Below the pieces are notes generated by a model that searched no databases, was not told where the DNA came from, and was given only the letters and a program-made list of their open reading frames with translations. This document shows positions 10,683 to 21,814 of a stretch of 24,000 bases of DNA, one piece after another. Source of the DNA: Escherichia ruysiae (GTDB lineage: Bacteria; Pseudomonadota; Gammaproteobacteria; Enterobacterales; Enterobacteriaceae); NCBI RefSeq assembly GCF_902498915.1, contig NZ_CABVLQ010000001.1; one strand, written 5' to 3'. Every line of letters begins with the position of its first letter. The first letter of the stretch is position 1. Both the position numbers and the translations under genes were made by a program.

Positions 10683-11648
10683 ATGACAAAGTATGCATTA
10701 GTCGGTGATGTGGGCGGCACCAACGCACGTCTTGCTCTGTGTGATATTACCAGTGGTGAAATCTCGCAGGCTAAAACCTATTCTGGGCTTGATTATCCCA
10801 GCCTGGAAGCGGTTATCCGCGTTTATCTCGAAGAACATAAGGTCGAGGTGAAAGACGGTTGTATTGCCATCGCTTGCCCAATTACCGGTGACTGGGTGGC
10901 AATGACCAACCATACCTGGGCGTTCTCAATTGCCGAAATGAAAAAGAATCTCGGTTTTAGCCATCTGGAAATTATTAACGATTTTACCGCTGTATCGATG
11001 GCGATCCCGATGCTGAAAAAAGAGCATCTGATCCAGTTTGGCGGTAAGGAACCAGTTGAAGGTAAACCTATCGCGGTTTACGGTGCCGGAACGGGGCTAG
11101 GCGTGGCGCATCTGGTTCATGTTGATAAACGCTGGGTAAGCCTGCCAGGCGAAGGCGGTCACGTTGATTTTGCGCCAAACAGCGAAGAAGAGGCCATTAT
11201 TCTCGAAATACTGCGTGCTGAAATAGGCCATGTCTCTGCTGAACGCGTGCTCTCTGGGCCAGGGCTGGTGAATTTGTACCGCGCGATTGTGAAAGCAGAT
11301 AACCGTCTGCCAGAAAATCTCAAGCCAAAAGATATTACCGAACGCGCGCTGGCCGACAGTTGCACCGATTGCCGCCGCGCGTTGTCGCTGTTTTGCGTGA
11401 TTATGGGCCGTTTTGGCGGCAATCTGGCGCTCAATCTCGGCACATTTGGCGGCGTGTTTATTGCGGGCGGTATCGTGCCGCGTTTCCTTGAATTCTTCAA
11501 AGCCTCTGGTTTCCGTGCCGCTTTTGAAGACAAAGGCCGCTTTAAAGAATATGTCCATGATATTCCGGCTTATCTTATCGTCCATGACAATCCGGGTCTT
11601 CTCGGCTCAGGTGCACATTTACGCCAGACCTTAGGGTACGTCCTGTAA
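10683..11648 (+). CDS. glk: Glucokinase
   Basis: 321 aa. N-terminal ATP-binding signature [14 protein letters not shown], plus [15 protein letters not shown] and [12 protein letters not shown]. Confidence 0.97.
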   Translation: MTKYALVGDVGGTNARLALCDITSGEISQAKTYSGLDYPSLEAVIRVYLEEHKVEVKDGCIAIACPITGDWVAMTNHTWAFSIAEMKKNLGFSHLEIINDFTAVSMAIPMLKKEHLIQFGGKEPVEGKPIAVYGAGTGLGVAHLVHVDKRWVSLPGEGGHVDFAPNSEEEAIILEILRAEIGHVSAERVLSGPGLVNLYRAIVKADNRLPENLKPKDITERALADSCTDCRRALSLFCVIMGRFGGNLALNLGTFGGVFIAGGIVPRFLEFFKASGFRAAFEDKGRFKEYVHDIPAYLIVHDNPGLLGSGAHLRQTLGYVL

Positions 11649-11664
11649 ATCCTTCCTGCCATAT

Positions 11665-11692
11665 CGGGAGATAATCCTCCCGATAATCTTTT
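11665..11692 (+). terminator. Candidate terminator downstream of glk
   Basis: tCGGGAG-ataatc-CTCCCGataatctttt: 6-bp GC-rich stem, but the U-tract is interrupted. Confidence 0.5.
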
Positions 11693-11866
11693 AAATCATA
11701 CGGTTAGTTCAATTTTTCTTTGTGTTTCATCACAAGGCCGACCTGCGTCACACTTCCGCACTACGGGATTAATTCTCCAGTAAATGCATTATTTGTCTGG
11801 TAACGGCAATTTGTTTTGCACGTTCATAATTTCACTCGTTAACTATAAACGAACGAGGAAATAACG

Positions 11867-12193
11867 ATGAGTAAGAAACTGATTGCCTTATGTGCCTGCC
11901 CGATGGGCCTTGCGCACACTTTTATGGCGGCTCAGGCGCTGGAAGAGGCCGCAGTGGAAGCTGGCTATGAAGTGAAAATTGAAACCCAGGGCGCGGACGG
12001 TATCCAGAATCGCCTGACGGCGCAGGATATCGCCGAAGCGACCATCATCATCCACTCAGTGGCAGTTACCCCGGAAGATAACGAACGTTTCGAATCCCGC
12101 GACGTTTATGAAATCACTTTGCAGGACGCAATTAAAAACGCAGCGGGCATCATCAAAGAAATCGAAGAGATGATTGCCGCTGAACAACCGTAA
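11867..12193 (+). CDS. fryB: Fructose-like PTS enzyme IIB component
   Basis: 108 aa. IIB-Fru active-site motif CPMGLAHTFMAAQALEEAA. First gene of the fry cluster, followed by an IIC gene. Confidence 0.95.
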   Translation: MSKKLIALCACPMGLAHTFMAAQALEEAAVEAGYEVKIETQGADGIQNRLTAQDIAEATIIIHSVAVTPEDNERFESRDVYEITLQDAIKNAAGIIKEIEEMIAAEQP

Positions 12194-12214
12194 TTTTCGA
12201 CAGGGATAATTGTT

Positions 12215-13462
12215 ATGGCCATTAAAAAACGCAGTGCAACCGTTGTGCCTGGCGCATCCGGTGCGGCAGCGGCAATTAAGAATCCGCAGGCCTCTAAAAG
12301 CAGCTTCTGGGGTGAACTTCCGCAGCATGTGATGTCAGGGATTTCACGCATGGTGCCGACCTTAATTATGGGCGGCGTGATCCTCGCTTTCAGCCAGCTG
12401 ATTGCTTATAGCTGGCTAAAAATTCCCGCTGACATTGGCATTATGGATGCACTTAATAGCGGGAAATTTTCCGGTTTCGACCTCTCCTTACTGAAATTTG
12501 CCTGGCTGTCGCAGTCCTTTGGCGGCGTGTTGTTTGGTTTTGCCATTCCGATGTTTGCTGCTTTTGTGGCGAACTCCATTGGCGGCAAACTGGCGTTCCC
12601 GGCTGGGTTTATCGGCGGGTTAATGTCTACCCAGCCAACGCAACTGCTGAACTTTGATCCCAGTACCATGCAGTGGGCGACCTCTTCACCGGTGCCGTCT
12701 ACCTTCATTGGTGCGCTGATCATTTCTATCGTTGCAGGTTACCTTGTGAAGTGGATGAACCAGAAAATCCAGTTACCGGATTTCCTGTTAGCGTTCAAAA
12801 CCACATTTTTGCTACCGATTCTTTCCGCCATTTTTGTCATGCTGGCGATGTATTACGTCATCACCCCATTTGGCGGTTGGATCAACGGCGGTATCCGTAC
12901 CGTGCTGACTGCCGCAGGTGAGAAGGGGGCGCTGATGTATGCGATGGGTATCGCAGCAGCGACCGCAATCGACCTCGGTGGCCCAATCAACAAAGCAGCA
13001 GGTTTCGTTGCTTTCAGCTTTACCACTGACCACGTATTACCGGTTACCGCGCGTTCTATCGCAATCGTCATTCCGCCGATTGGTCTGGGTCTGGCGACTA
13101 TTATCGACCGTCGTTTAACCGGCAAACGCCTGTTTAACGCCCAGCTTTATCCGCAGGGTAAAACCGCCATGTTCCTGGCGTTTATGGGGATCAGTGAAGG
13201 TGCGATTCCGTTTGCGCTGGAAAGCCCCATCACCGCAATTCCGTCCTATATGGTCGGTGCGATTGTCGGCTCCACCGCCGCTGTCTGGCTGGGCGCAGTG
13301 CAATGGTTCCCGGAATCAGCAATCTGGGCGTGGCCGCTGGTGACTAATCTGGGCGTTTACATGGCGGGGATCGCGCTGGGGGCAATCATTACCGCGCTGA
13401 TGGTGGTGTTCCTGCGTTTGATGATGTTCCGCAAAGGCAAATTGTTAATCGATAGCCTGTAA
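12215..13462 (+). CDS. fryC: Fructose-like PTS enzyme IIC component
   Basis: 415 aa polytopic membrane protein. [36 protein letters not shown] and [12 protein letters not shown] are typical of IIC-Fru. Confidence 0.95.
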   Translation: MAIKKRSATVVPGASGAAAAIKNPQASKSSFWGELPQHVMSGISRMVPTLIMGGVILAFSQLIAYSWLKIPADIGIMDALNSGKFSGFDLSLLKFAWLSQSFGGVLFGFAIPMFAAFVANSIGGKLAFPAGFIGGLMSTQPTQLLNFDPSTMQWATSSPVPSTFIGALIISIVAGYLVKWMNQKIQLPDFLLAFKTTFLLPILSAIFVMLAMYYVITPFGGWINGGIRTVLTAAGEKGALMYAMGIAAATAIDLGGPINKAAGFVAFSFTTDHVLPVTARSIAIVIPPIGLGLATIIDRRLTGKRLFNAQLYPQGKTAMFLAFMGISEGAIPFALESPITAIPSYMVGAIVGSTAAVWLGAVQWFPESAIWAWPLVTNLGVYMAGIALGAIITALMVVFLRLMMFRKGKLLIDSL

Positions 13463-13476
13463 GAAGGACAATCCTA

Positions 13477-14562
13477 ATGACATTACTCGCTTCGCTGCGC
13501 GACTGGCTTAAGGCGCAACAGCTGGATGCGGTGCTTCTCTCCTCACGGCAGAACAAACAGCCCCATCTGGGGATTTCCACCGGGTCAGGCTATGTGCTGA
13601 TTAGTCGTGAGAGCGCGCACATTCTGGTGGATTCGCGCTATTACGTGGAGGTGGAAGCTCGTGCGCAAGGCTACCAGCTACATTTGCTTGACGCGACGCA
13701 CACGCTGGCAACCATCGTCAATCAAATCATTGCCGATGAGCAGCTGCAAACGCTCGGTTTTGAAGGCCAGCAGGTGAGTTGGGAAACCGCGCACCGCTGG
13801 CAGGTTGAACTTAATGCAAAGCTGGTCAGCGCCACGCCGGATGTGCTGCGGCAAATCAAAATGCCAGAGGAGGTGGAGAAAATCCGTCTCGCCTGTGGGA
13901 TTGCCGATCGTGGTGCAGAGCATATTCGCCGCTTTATTCAGGCGGGGATGAGCGAATGTGAGATAGCTGCTGAACTGGAGTGGTTTATGCGCCAGCAGGG
14001 AGCAGAAAAAGCCTCCTTTGACACCATTGTTGCCAGTGGCTGGCGTGGGGCGCTGCCGCACGGCAAGGCCAGCGACAAAGTGGTTGTAGCGGGCGAGTTT
14101 GTCACACTCGATTTCGGTGCGCTGTATCAGGGCTACTGCTCTGATATGACGCGCACCTTTCTGGTTCATGGCGAAGGGGTGAGCGCCGAATCTCACCCGC
14201 TGTTTAACGTGTATCAGATTGTCCTGCAAGCGCAACTGGCGGCAATCTCCGCGATTCTCCCCGGCGTGCGTTGCCAGCAGGTTGACGACGCCGCGCGTCG
14301 GGTCATTACAGAAGCCGGTTATGGAGAGTATTTCGGCCATAACACCGGTCATGCAATCGGCATTGACGTACATGAAGATCCGCGTTTTTCACCACGTGAT
14401 ACCACGATGCTCCAGCCTGGCATGTTACTGACCGTAGAGCCGGGGATTTATTTGCCAGGGCAAGGGGGCGTGCGCATCGAAGATGTTGTGCTGGTTACCC
14501 CGCAAGGCGCAGAAGTGCTCTACGCCATGCCGAAAACAGTGTTGCTCACGGGAGAGGCATAA
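13477..14562 (+). CDS. ypdF: Aminopeptidase YpdF (Xaa-Pro/Met-Xaa type, M24 family)
   Basis: 361 aa. M24 motifs [39 protein letters not shown], and [19 protein letters not shown]. Confidence 0.95.
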   Translation: MTLLASLRDWLKAQQLDAVLLSSRQNKQPHLGISTGSGYVLISRESAHILVDSRYYVEVEARAQGYQLHLLDATHTLATIVNQIIADEQLQTLGFEGQQVSWETAHRWQVELNAKLVSATPDVLRQIKMPEEVEKIRLACGIADRGAEHIRRFIQAGMSECEIAAELEWFMRQQGAEKASFDTIVASGWRGALPHGKASDKVVVAGEFVTLDFGALYQGYCSDMTRTFLVHGEGVSAESHPLFNVYQIVLQAQLAAISAILPGVRCQQVDDAARRVITEAGYGEYFGHNTGHAIGIDVHEDPRFSPRDTTMLQPGMLLTVEPGIYLPGQGGVRIEDVVLVTPQGAEVLYAMPKTVLLTGEA

Positions 14563-15599
14563 TGGATTTATCGCTATTAAAAGCGTTGAGCGAGGCCGAT
14601 GCGATCGCCTCCTCGGAACAGGAAGTGCGGCAGATCCTGCTGGATGAAGCGGATCGACTGCAAAAAGAAGTGCGATTTGACGGTCTGGGATCGGTGCTGA
14701 TCCGCCTCAATGAATCGATGGGGCCGAAGGTGATGATCTGCGCACATATGGATGAAGTGGGGTTTATGGTGCGTAGCATCTCCCGCGAAGGCGCTATTGA
14801 CGTGCTGCCGGTTGGCAACGTGCGCATGGCTGCCCGCCAGTTGCAGCCGGTGCGCATCACCACCCGTGAAGAGTGCAAAATTCCCGGCCTGCTTGATGGC
14901 GAGCGGCAGGGAAATGAGGTTAGCGTAATGCGCGTGGACATTGGCGCGCGCTCGTATGATGAAGTGATACAGGCGGGAATTCGTCCAGGCGATCGCGTCA
15001 CGTTTGATACCGCTTTTCAGGTTCTTCCTCACCAGCGGGTGATGGGGAAAGCCTTTGATGACCGCCTCGGTTGCTATCTGCTGGTGACGTTACTGCGCGA
15101 ACTACACAGCGCCGAACTGCCTGCGGAAGTGTGGCTGGTGGCAAGTTCCAGCGAAGAGGTGGGATTACGCGGCGGGCAAACCGCCACCCGCGCGGTGTCG
15201 CCGGACGTCGCCATTGTGCTTGATACCGCCTGCTGGGCGAAAAACTTTGATTATGGCGCGGCGAACCATCGCCAGATTGGTAACGGTCCGATGCTGGTGT
15301 TAAGCGATAAATCGCTGATTGCGCCGCCAAAACTCACAGCCTGGATTGAAACCGTGGCGGCAGAAATTGGCGTGCCGTTACAGGCGGATATGTTCAGTAA
15401 CGGCGGCACGGACGGTGGAGCGGTTCACTTAACCGGTACTGGCGTACCCACAGTGGTGATGGGGCCAGCAACCCGCCATGGACATTGCGCCGCATCGATT
15501 GCCGACTGCCGCGATATTTTGCAGATGCAGCAACTTTTATCTGCCCTTATTCAACGTCTTACCCGTGAGACGGTTGTTCAACTGACGGATTTCAGATGA
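14562..15599 (+). CDS. ypdE: Aminopeptidase YpdE (M42 family)
   Basis: 345 aa. M42 motifs [35 protein letters not shown], and [14 protein letters not shown]. The start overlaps the ypdF stop (TAATG). Confidence 0.95.
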   Translation: MDLSLLKALSEADAIASSEQEVRQILLDEADRLQKEVRFDGLGSVLIRLNESMGPKVMICAHMDEVGFMVRSISREGAIDVLPVGNVRMAARQLQPVRITTREECKIPGLLDGERQGNEVSVMRVDIGARSYDEVIQAGIRPGDRVTFDTAFQVLPHQRVMGKAFDDRLGCYLLVTLLRELHSAELPAEVWLVASSSEEVGLRGGQTATRAVSPDVAIVLDTACWAKNFDYGAANHRQIGNGPMLVLSDKSLIAPPKLTAWIETVAAEIGVPLQADMFSNGGTDGGAVHLTGTGVPTVVMGPATRHGHCAASIADCRDILQMQQLLSALIQRLTRETVVQLTDFR

Positions 15600-15623
15600 T
15601 TTCCCGATTAACCCGGAGCGGTT

Positions 15624-18119
15624 ATGTTAACGATTCAATTTCTCTGTCCTTTGCCTAACGGTCTTCATGCCCGTCCGGCGTGGGAACTTAAAGAACAGTG
15701 TAGTCAGTGGCAAAGCGAAATCGCTTTTATCAACCATCGCCAGAACGCAAAGGCCGATGCCAAAAGTTCACTGGCGCTGATTGGCACCGGCACTTTATTT
15801 AATGACAGTTGCAGCCTGAACATTAGCGGTGGCGATGAAGAACAGGCACGGCGCGTACTGGAAGAGTACATCCAGGTGCGCTTTATCGACAGCGACAGCA
15901 TCCAACCGACACAAGCAGAACTGACGGCGCATCCGCTGCCACGTTCATTAAGTCGCCTTAACCCTGATTTGCTGTACGGTAACGTGCTGGCGAGCGGCGT
16001 CGGTGTTGGTACGTTAACGTTGTTGCAGAGCGACAGCCTCGACAGTTATCGGGCGATCCCTGCCAGTGTGCAAGACACCACCCGGCTGGAACACAGCCTG
16101 GCAACGCTTGCCGAACAACTGAACCAGCAGCTGCGCGAGCGTGACGGCGAAAGTAAAACCATTCTTAGCGCCCATTTGTCGCTGATTCAGGATGAAGAGT
16201 TTGCGGGGAATATCCGTCGTCTGATGGCAGAACAACATCAGGGACTGGGGGCGGCAATCATCAGCAATATGGAGCAGGTTTGCGACAAACTTTCTGCCTC
16301 TGCCAGCGATTATCTGCGCGAACGAGTTAGTGATATTCGTGATATCAGCGAACAGTTGCTGCATATCACCTGGCCGGAACTGAAGCCGCGCAATAATCTG
16401 CTGCTTGAAAAATCGACCATTCTGGTCGCCGAAGATTTAACTCCAAGCCAGTTTTTGAGTCTCGATTTAAAAAATCTCGCAGGCATGATTCTGGAGAAAA
16501 CCGGGCGCACATCGCATACCCTGATTCTGGCGCGAGCTTCGGCGATCCCGGTACTGAGCGGCTTGCCGCTGGATGCGATAGCCCGTTATGCCGGGCAACC
16601 GGCGGTGCTTGACGCCCAGTGTGGCGTGCTGGCGATTAATCCTGATGACGCGGTGAGCGGTTATTACCAGGTTGCGCAGACGCTGGCGGACAAACGCCAA
16701 AAACAACAGGCGCAGGCCGCCGCGCAACTGGCCTATTCCCGTGATAACAAGCGAATTGATATCGCCGCGAATATTGGCACCGCTCTGGAAGCTCCTGGTG
16801 CGTTTGCCAATGGCGCGGAAGGCGTCGGGCTGTTCCGCACCGAAATGCTGTATATGGATCGCGATAGCGCGCCGGACGAGCAGGAACAGTTTGAAGCCTA
16901 CCAGCAGGTGTTACTGGCGGCGGGCGACAAGCCAATTATTTTCCGCACGATGGACATCGGCGGCGATAAAAGCATTCCTTATCTGAATATTCCCCAGGAA
17001 GAGAACCCGTTCCTCGGCTATCGCGCGGTACGTATTTACCCGGAATTTGCTGGCCTGTTCCGTACCCAGCTACGGGCCATTTTGCGTGCTGCCAGTTACG
17101 GTAACGCTCAGTTGATGATTCCGATGGTTCACAGCCTCGATCAGATCTTATGGGTGAAGAGTGAGATCCAGAAAGCAATCGTTGAGCTTAAGCGCGATGG
17201 CCTGCGTCATGCAGAGACGATTACGCTTGGGATCATGGTGGAAGTGCCGTCGGTTTGCTACATCATCGACCACTTCTGCGATGAGGTCGATTTCTTTAGT
17301 ATCGGCTCGAACGATATGACCCAGTATCTGTATGCGGTCGATCGTAATAACCCGCGCGTATCGCCGCTGTATAACCCGATTACGCCATCTTTCCTGCGCA
17401 TGTTGCAGCAGATAGTGACCACTGCGCATCAGCGGGGAAAATGGGTCGGCATTTGCGGTGAGCTGGGTGGTGAAAGCCGTTATCTGCCGCTACTGCTTGG
17501 GCTGAGCCTGGATGAGCTAAGTATGAGTAGCCCGCGCATTCCGGCGGTGAAAAGCCAGCTTCGTCAACTGGATAGCGAGGCGTGTCGGGAACTGGCACGT
17601 CAGGCGTGTGAATGTCGCAGCGCGCAGGAAATTGAAGCGTTACTCACCGCCTTTACGCCGGAAGAAGACGTTCGCCCATTGTTGGCGCTGGAGAATATCT
17701 TCGTTGATCAGGCCTTTAGCAATAAAGAGCAGGCGATCCAGTTCCTGTGCGGTAACCTCGGCGTTAACGGGCGCACTGAACATCCGTTCGAGCTGGAAGA
17801 GGATGTCTGGCAGCGGGAAGAGATTGTGACTACTGGTGTTGGTTTTGGCGTGGCGATCCCGCACACTAAATCTCAGTGGATCCGCCATTCCAGTATCAGC
17901 ATTGCCCGGCTGGTGAAACCGGTTGACTGGCAGTCAGAAATGGGCGAAGTCGAGCTGGTGATCATGCTGACGCTGGGCGCTAGCGAAGGGATGAACCATG
18001 TGAAGGTCTTCTCGCAGCTGGCGCGCAAACTGGTGAATAAAAACTTCCGCCAGTCGCTGTTCGCCGCGCAAGACGCACAAAGCATCCTGACGCTGCTGGA
18101 AACGGAATTAACCTTCTAA
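15624..18119 (+). CDS. fryA: Multiphosphoryl transfer protein (HPr-like + PTS enzyme I + IIA-Fru domains)
   Basis: 831 aa. HPr-like GLHARPAWEL, EI active-site region TGRTSHTLILARASAIPVLSG, EI C-terminal GGDKSIPYLNIPQEENPFLGYRAVRIY and ICGELGG, and IIA-type GFGVAIPHTKS. Confidence 0.96.
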   Translation: MLTIQFLCPLPNGLHARPAWELKEQCSQWQSEIAFINHRQNAKADAKSSLALIGTGTLFNDSCSLNISGGDEEQARRVLEEYIQVRFIDSDSIQPTQAELTAHPLPRSLSRLNPDLLYGNVLASGVGVGTLTLLQSDSLDSYRAIPASVQDTTRLEHSLATLAEQLNQQLRERDGESKTILSAHLSLIQDEEFAGNIRRLMAEQHQGLGAAIISNMEQVCDKLSASASDYLRERVSDIRDISEQLLHITWPELKPRNNLLLEKSTILVAEDLTPSQFLSLDLKNLAGMILEKTGRTSHTLILARASAIPVLSGLPLDAIARYAGQPAVLDAQCGVLAINPDDAVSGYYQVAQTLADKRQKQQAQAAAQLAYSRDNKRIDIAANIGTALEAPGAFANGAEGVGLFRTEMLYMDRDSAPDEQEQFEAYQQVLLAAGDKPIIFRTMDIGGDKSIPYLNIPQEENPFLGYRAVRIYPEFAGLFRTQLRAILRAASYGNAQLMIPMVHSLDQILWVKSEIQKAIVELKRDGLRHAETITLGIMVEVPSVCYIIDHFCDEVDFFSIGSNDMTQYLYAVDRNNPRVSPLYNPITPSFLRMLQQIVTTAHQRGKWVGICGELGGESRYLPLLLGLSLDELSMSSPRIPAVKSQLRQLDSEACRELARQACECRSAQEIEALLTAFTPEEDVRPLLALENIFVDQAFSNKEQAIQFLCGNLGVNGRTEHPFELEEDVWQREEIVTTGVGFGVAIPHTKSQWIRHSSISIARLVKPVDWQSEMGEVELVIMLTLGASEGMNHVKVFSQLARKLVNKNFRQSLFAAQDAQSILTLLETELTF

Positions 18120-18121
18120 TG

Positions 18122-18979
18122 TTAGCCCTGAAAACGGGCGCTGTACTCTCCCGGCGTCAGGCCAAACTGACGCCGGAAGACGCGACAAAAATAGTCGCTA
18201 TCCGGAAAGCCGCAACGCTGCGCCACTTCATGAATCGACAGATGATATTTCTGCAAAATCATCCTCGCCTTCGCCATTCGCACCCAACGCACATACTCGA
18301 TAAAACGCATCGTTCCATGCTGAGCAAACAGTTTTGACAGATGATTGGGCGTGATATTAAAAAACTGCGCCACGCTCTCGCGGGTGAGCGGCTGGGCATA
18401 ATTATCCTGAACCCAGTTACAAATGCTGTGATAGAGAAAATCGCCGCGCGGCTGCGAATTGCCCGGCGGCATATTCACCACGTTGCGGCAAAGATGCAGC
18501 AAACTTAACACCAGTGGCTGAATGATATTCTGCTCCAGCGGCGAACGGCTGAGATGGGTGAGGGCGGTGAGCATTGCTTCACCTTCACCGCGTTGCAGAC
18601 TGGGAAGCTGGATCCGGCGAACCGGATGCAACAATGACGTGCTGCGGCTATCGTAATACGATAACCCAAGCCAGGTCGGTGCGAACACCAGGCTTAAGAG
18701 CATCACCGGTTTGTTGTTGACCGGTAAATTAGCCGCGCGCGCCGGAATAAACAGCATTTCCCCTTCCACCATACGCTGCTGCTTTGCTTCCAGCAGATTG
18801 CCGTATTCGCCGCGCAGCACGATATCCAGACGGGGAAAGTCAATACATAAACTACCCACCGGCAACGAGGCAGGCTGGCTGGCAAACCAGACGCGCCCAA
18901 GTAGTTGCGGGTTAAGCACCAGGCCGCTGAACAGATCGGCGAAAAATTGTTGATCGGCGGGCAAGCCTGTTGCTTTCAT
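18122..18979 (-). CDS. ypdC: AraC-family transcriptional regulator
   Basis: 285 aa. C-terminal AraC HTH (TRESVAQFFNITPNHLSKLFAQH...SIHEVAQRCGFPDSDYFCRVFRRQFGLTPGEYSARFQG). Confidence 0.93.
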   Translation of the reverse strand: MKATGLPADQQFFADLFSGLVLNPQLLGRVWFASQPASLPVGSLCIDFPRLDIVLRGEYGNLLEAKQQRMVEGEMLFIPARAANLPVNNKPVMLLSLVFAPTWLGLSYYDSRSTSLLHPVRRIQLPSLQRGEGEAMLTALTHLSRSPLEQNIIQPLVLSLLHLCRNVVNMPPGNSQPRGDFLYHSICNWVQDNYAQPLTRESVAQFFNITPNHLSKLFAQHGTMRFIEYVRWVRMAKARMILQKYHLSIHEVAQRCGFPDSDYFCRVFRRQFGLTPGEYSARFQG

Positions 18980-18991
18980 GAATATTCCTGA

Positions 18992-19726
18992 TTACAGATG
19001 CATTAACTGCCTGAATTCTTTAACTTTGCTGCGGCTGACTGGCACTTCAAAATCCAGATCTTTTAGCCGCAGAATATAAGTGTTATTAAACCACGGTTCG
19101 ATTTCGCGGATTTTGTTCAGATTGACACAAAACGAGCGATGGCAGCGGAAAAAATGCGATGGAGGCAGCTTGCTGCAAAACTCGGTAATGTTCATCGGCA
19201 TTACGTAGGATTCACGCCGCGTATAGACAAAGGTCATTTTTTCGTGCGCTTCGGCGTAATAGATATCATTAATTGGCGTAACGATAATTCGCTCATCTTT
19301 CACCAGATTAATGGTGTCATTCTCACGCGTTACCGTTGTGGCAGGCGTACTGCTGGTTTGCTGTTGCTGCCAGGCCGCTTCCAGTTTTTGCAGCATCCCG
19401 GTGATGCGTGATTCCTGATACGGTTTGAGAATGTAGTCAAACGCCTCCAGTTCAAACGCTTCTACCGCATGTTCTTTCCACGCGGTGATAAACACAATAA
19501 ACGGTTTATGGGCAAACTGGCTGATGTTTTGCGCCAGCAGCACGCCATCCAGCGACGGAATATTGATATCCAGAAAAATGGCGTCGACGCGGTTATGCTG
19601 CAAAAACTTCAACACGTCCAGACCGTCGTCAAAGGTGCCGACAATCTCCATCTGGCTGTGCTCTTTAATTAGCCAGCTCAGTTCCTGTTGTGCCAGGAAT
19701 TCGTCTTCAACAATGATGACTTTCAC
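18992..19726 (-). CDS. ypdB: Response regulator YpdB (REC + LytTR DNA-binding domain)
   Basis: The open frame extends to 19744. A GTG start at 19726 (V/MKVIIVEDEFLAQQ, 244 aa) fits the recalled K-12 annotation. Receiver domain (VDAIFLDINIPSLDG, VFITAW, DYILKPY) plus LytTR (SHFFRCHRSFCVNLNKI, EVPVSRSKVKEFRQ). Confidence 0.94.
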   Translation of the reverse strand: MKVIIVEDEFLAQQELSWLIKEHSQMEIVGTFDDGLDVLKFLQHNRVDAIFLDINIPSLDGVLLAQNISQFAHKPFIVFITAWKEHAVEAFELEAFDYILKPYQESRITGMLQKLEAAWQQQQTSSTPATTVTRENDTINLVKDERIIVTPINDIYYAEAHEKMTFVYTRRESYVMPMNITEFCSKLPPSHFFRCHRSFCVNLNKIREIEPWFNNTYILRLKDLDFEVPVSRSKVKEFRQLMHL

Positions 19727-19740
19727 AATATCACTCCGGC

Positions 19741-21438
19741 TCAAAGCAATAACGTAGCCTGTGAGGCGACAGGGGTGCGTTGGTTAGGAATGTAAAACGC
19801 GATTTCCGTCCCAGGCTCCAGACGACGAATATGCAGCCCCTCACCATATAACAACTTCACGCGATGATGCACATTCAGCAGGCCAATTTTATTGCCCGGC
19901 ATTTCGTTCGCTTCGACCCGCTCAATCACTTTCGGATCGATGCCGTGCCCGGTATCTCTCACCGCAATACGAACCCGATTACCGCACTCTGCAACGCTGA
20001 TGGTGACAACACCTTTTCCCTTACAAGGTTGAATACCGTGAACAATGGCGTTTTCTACCAGCGGCTGGATCAGCAGGCTGGGAATGCAGCAATTCACCTC
20101 TTCATCAATATCATAGATAACCGTCAGCTTGTCGCCAAAGCGGGCCTGCTCAATGGCAATATAGTCTTTAATTTGATACAGCTCTTTTTTGATATCGATT
20201 TGCTCATCGTCTTTTAATTCAATGTTATAGCGCAGATAACGCGACAGATTAAAGATCAGCTGGCGAGCGGTATCCGGATTCAGGCGAATTGATGAGGAGA
20301 TTGCGTTCAGAGCGTTAAACAGGAAATGGGGATTAATTTTACTTTGTAGCGCGCGAAGCTCTGCCTTATTTGCCATTTCACGTAGCTGCTCGGCACGCGA
20401 AACCTCCAGTTGCGTGGAGATGATTTGTGACAGACCGACCGCCATTTCCTGCAATGACGAGGTGATCTGATGCGCGTGGCAGTAGTAGATTTTCAGCGTC
20501 CCGGTCACGACTCCTTTCTCCCAAAGCGGGATCACCAGCATCGAGTGGATTTCCGGCGTGCGATGGGCTTCATCATTGTTTTTAATGATGATTTTTCCGT
20601 AATTCATCGCCTGGCGGGTTGTCGGGCTAATAAAGTCATCACCATTCTGATAATTATGTTCACCCACGCCAACATACGCCAGCACATGATCGGTATTGGT
20701 GATTGCTACCGCATCGGCGTGAATATCATCGCGGATAATTTCGCAGACTTTACGTAATGATTCGCTATTGACATGGCGAAACAGCGGCAGCGTTTTGTTG
20801 GCGATATCCAGCGCCAGCTTGGCCTGCCGCGCGGCGCTGGCCTCCTTTTCGCCCTCAACGCTTTGCACCAGCAGCACAATAAAGCCGATACAGACGCTGC
20901 CAAGGATCATCGGGATACCGATTTTAGAGACGATATCGATCCCCAGTTCGGTGGTCGGCGCCCAGACAATCACCAGAATCATGGTCAACGTTTCACACAA
21001 CATACCGCCGAGAATACCGACACGCCAACGCTGCGCTTTGGGGATTTTTAGGTTGATCCAGCCCGATATACATCCCGCCAGAATACTGGTGATAAAGCAG
21101 GGAATCGCCGTCACGCCACCAATATCAATAAGATAGCGGTGAATCCCGGCTATCACGCCGGTAATAATCCCCACCCACGGACCAAATAAAATCCCGCCTG
21201 ACATCACCGCAATAATACGCACGTTAACCAGTGAGCCTTCCACCGGCACGCCGGACCAGGTGCTGAACAGGGCGAACAGCGAGAAAATGGCGGTAACGGC
21301 GAGCAGCTCTTTTGGTGAGTGCGCCGACTTGTGCAACAACTCGCGAAACAGGCGGATACGAATAAGGAAGAACAGGCAGATAAGCATTAACGCTGCCCGA
21401 TCGAAGACCGCCAGCAGCATGTTGAATATTTCGTGCAC
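19741..21438 (-). CDS. ypdA: Sensor histidine kinase YpdA (LytS family)
   Basis: 565 aa. N-terminal multi-TM 5TM-LYT-like region, GAF-like middle, HK motif [44 protein letters not shown], and an ATPase region. 14 nt upstream of ypdB. Confidence 0.95.
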   Translation of the reverse strand: MHEIFNMLLAVFDRAALMLICLFFLIRIRLFRELLHKSAHSPKELLAVTAIFSLFALFSTWSGVPVEGSLVNVRIIAVMSGGILFGPWVGIITGVIAGIHRYLIDIGGVTAIPCFITSILAGCISGWINLKIPKAQRWRVGILGGMLCETLTMILVIVWAPTTELGIDIVSKIGIPMILGSVCIGFIVLLVQSVEGEKEASAARQAKLALDIANKTLPLFRHVNSESLRKVCEIIRDDIHADAVAITNTDHVLAYVGVGEHNYQNGDDFISPTTRQAMNYGKIIIKNNDEAHRTPEIHSMLVIPLWEKGVVTGTLKIYYCHAHQITSSLQEMAVGLSQIISTQLEVSRAEQLREMANKAELRALQSKINPHFLFNALNAISSSIRLNPDTARQLIFNLSRYLRYNIELKDDEQIDIKKELYQIKDYIAIEQARFGDKLTVIYDIDEEVNCCIPSLLIQPLVENAIVHGIQPCKGKGVVTISVAECGNRVRIAVRDTGHGIDPKVIERVEANEMPGNKIGLLNVHHRVKLLYGEGLHIRRLEPGTEIAFYIPNQRTPVASQATLLL

Positions 21439-21814
21439 GGGTAACTCTGGATAAGGATTAAACCTCTATGATAGGTAACCTGAAGGCTGATGACCAGCAG
21501 GCCGTTTTTGAGGAAAAACCACAATTTTAAAAGGGGATTATAAGGTAAATGGTGCATTGCCAATGCATCTCTTATTAATACACACTCAGAAGGTAAATTT
21601 ATTGAAATTATAATGTTAATTAATGTGGGTTTGATTTTCTTAAAAGAAAGTAAGGATTTCCCGTTTTATTACAGATGTTCCTCTTTTTTTGGTAGAAAAA
21701 AATTTTTGCTAAAACGCTCGACAGACAGAAATTAATCAGGCTATTTTCAAAACAGCCACCATCGTGGCAGCGTCGCTCGGACGGTCCGGGCGCTAACGTT
21801 TATCTGAGGAAATT

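Noticed and set aside
11097-11585. Minus-strand ORFs inside glk and the fry genes (e.g. 11097..11585, 13678..14373, 14577..15032)
   Set aside because: Antisense shadow ORFs fully contained in strongly supported coding genes; no independent motif or RBS support.
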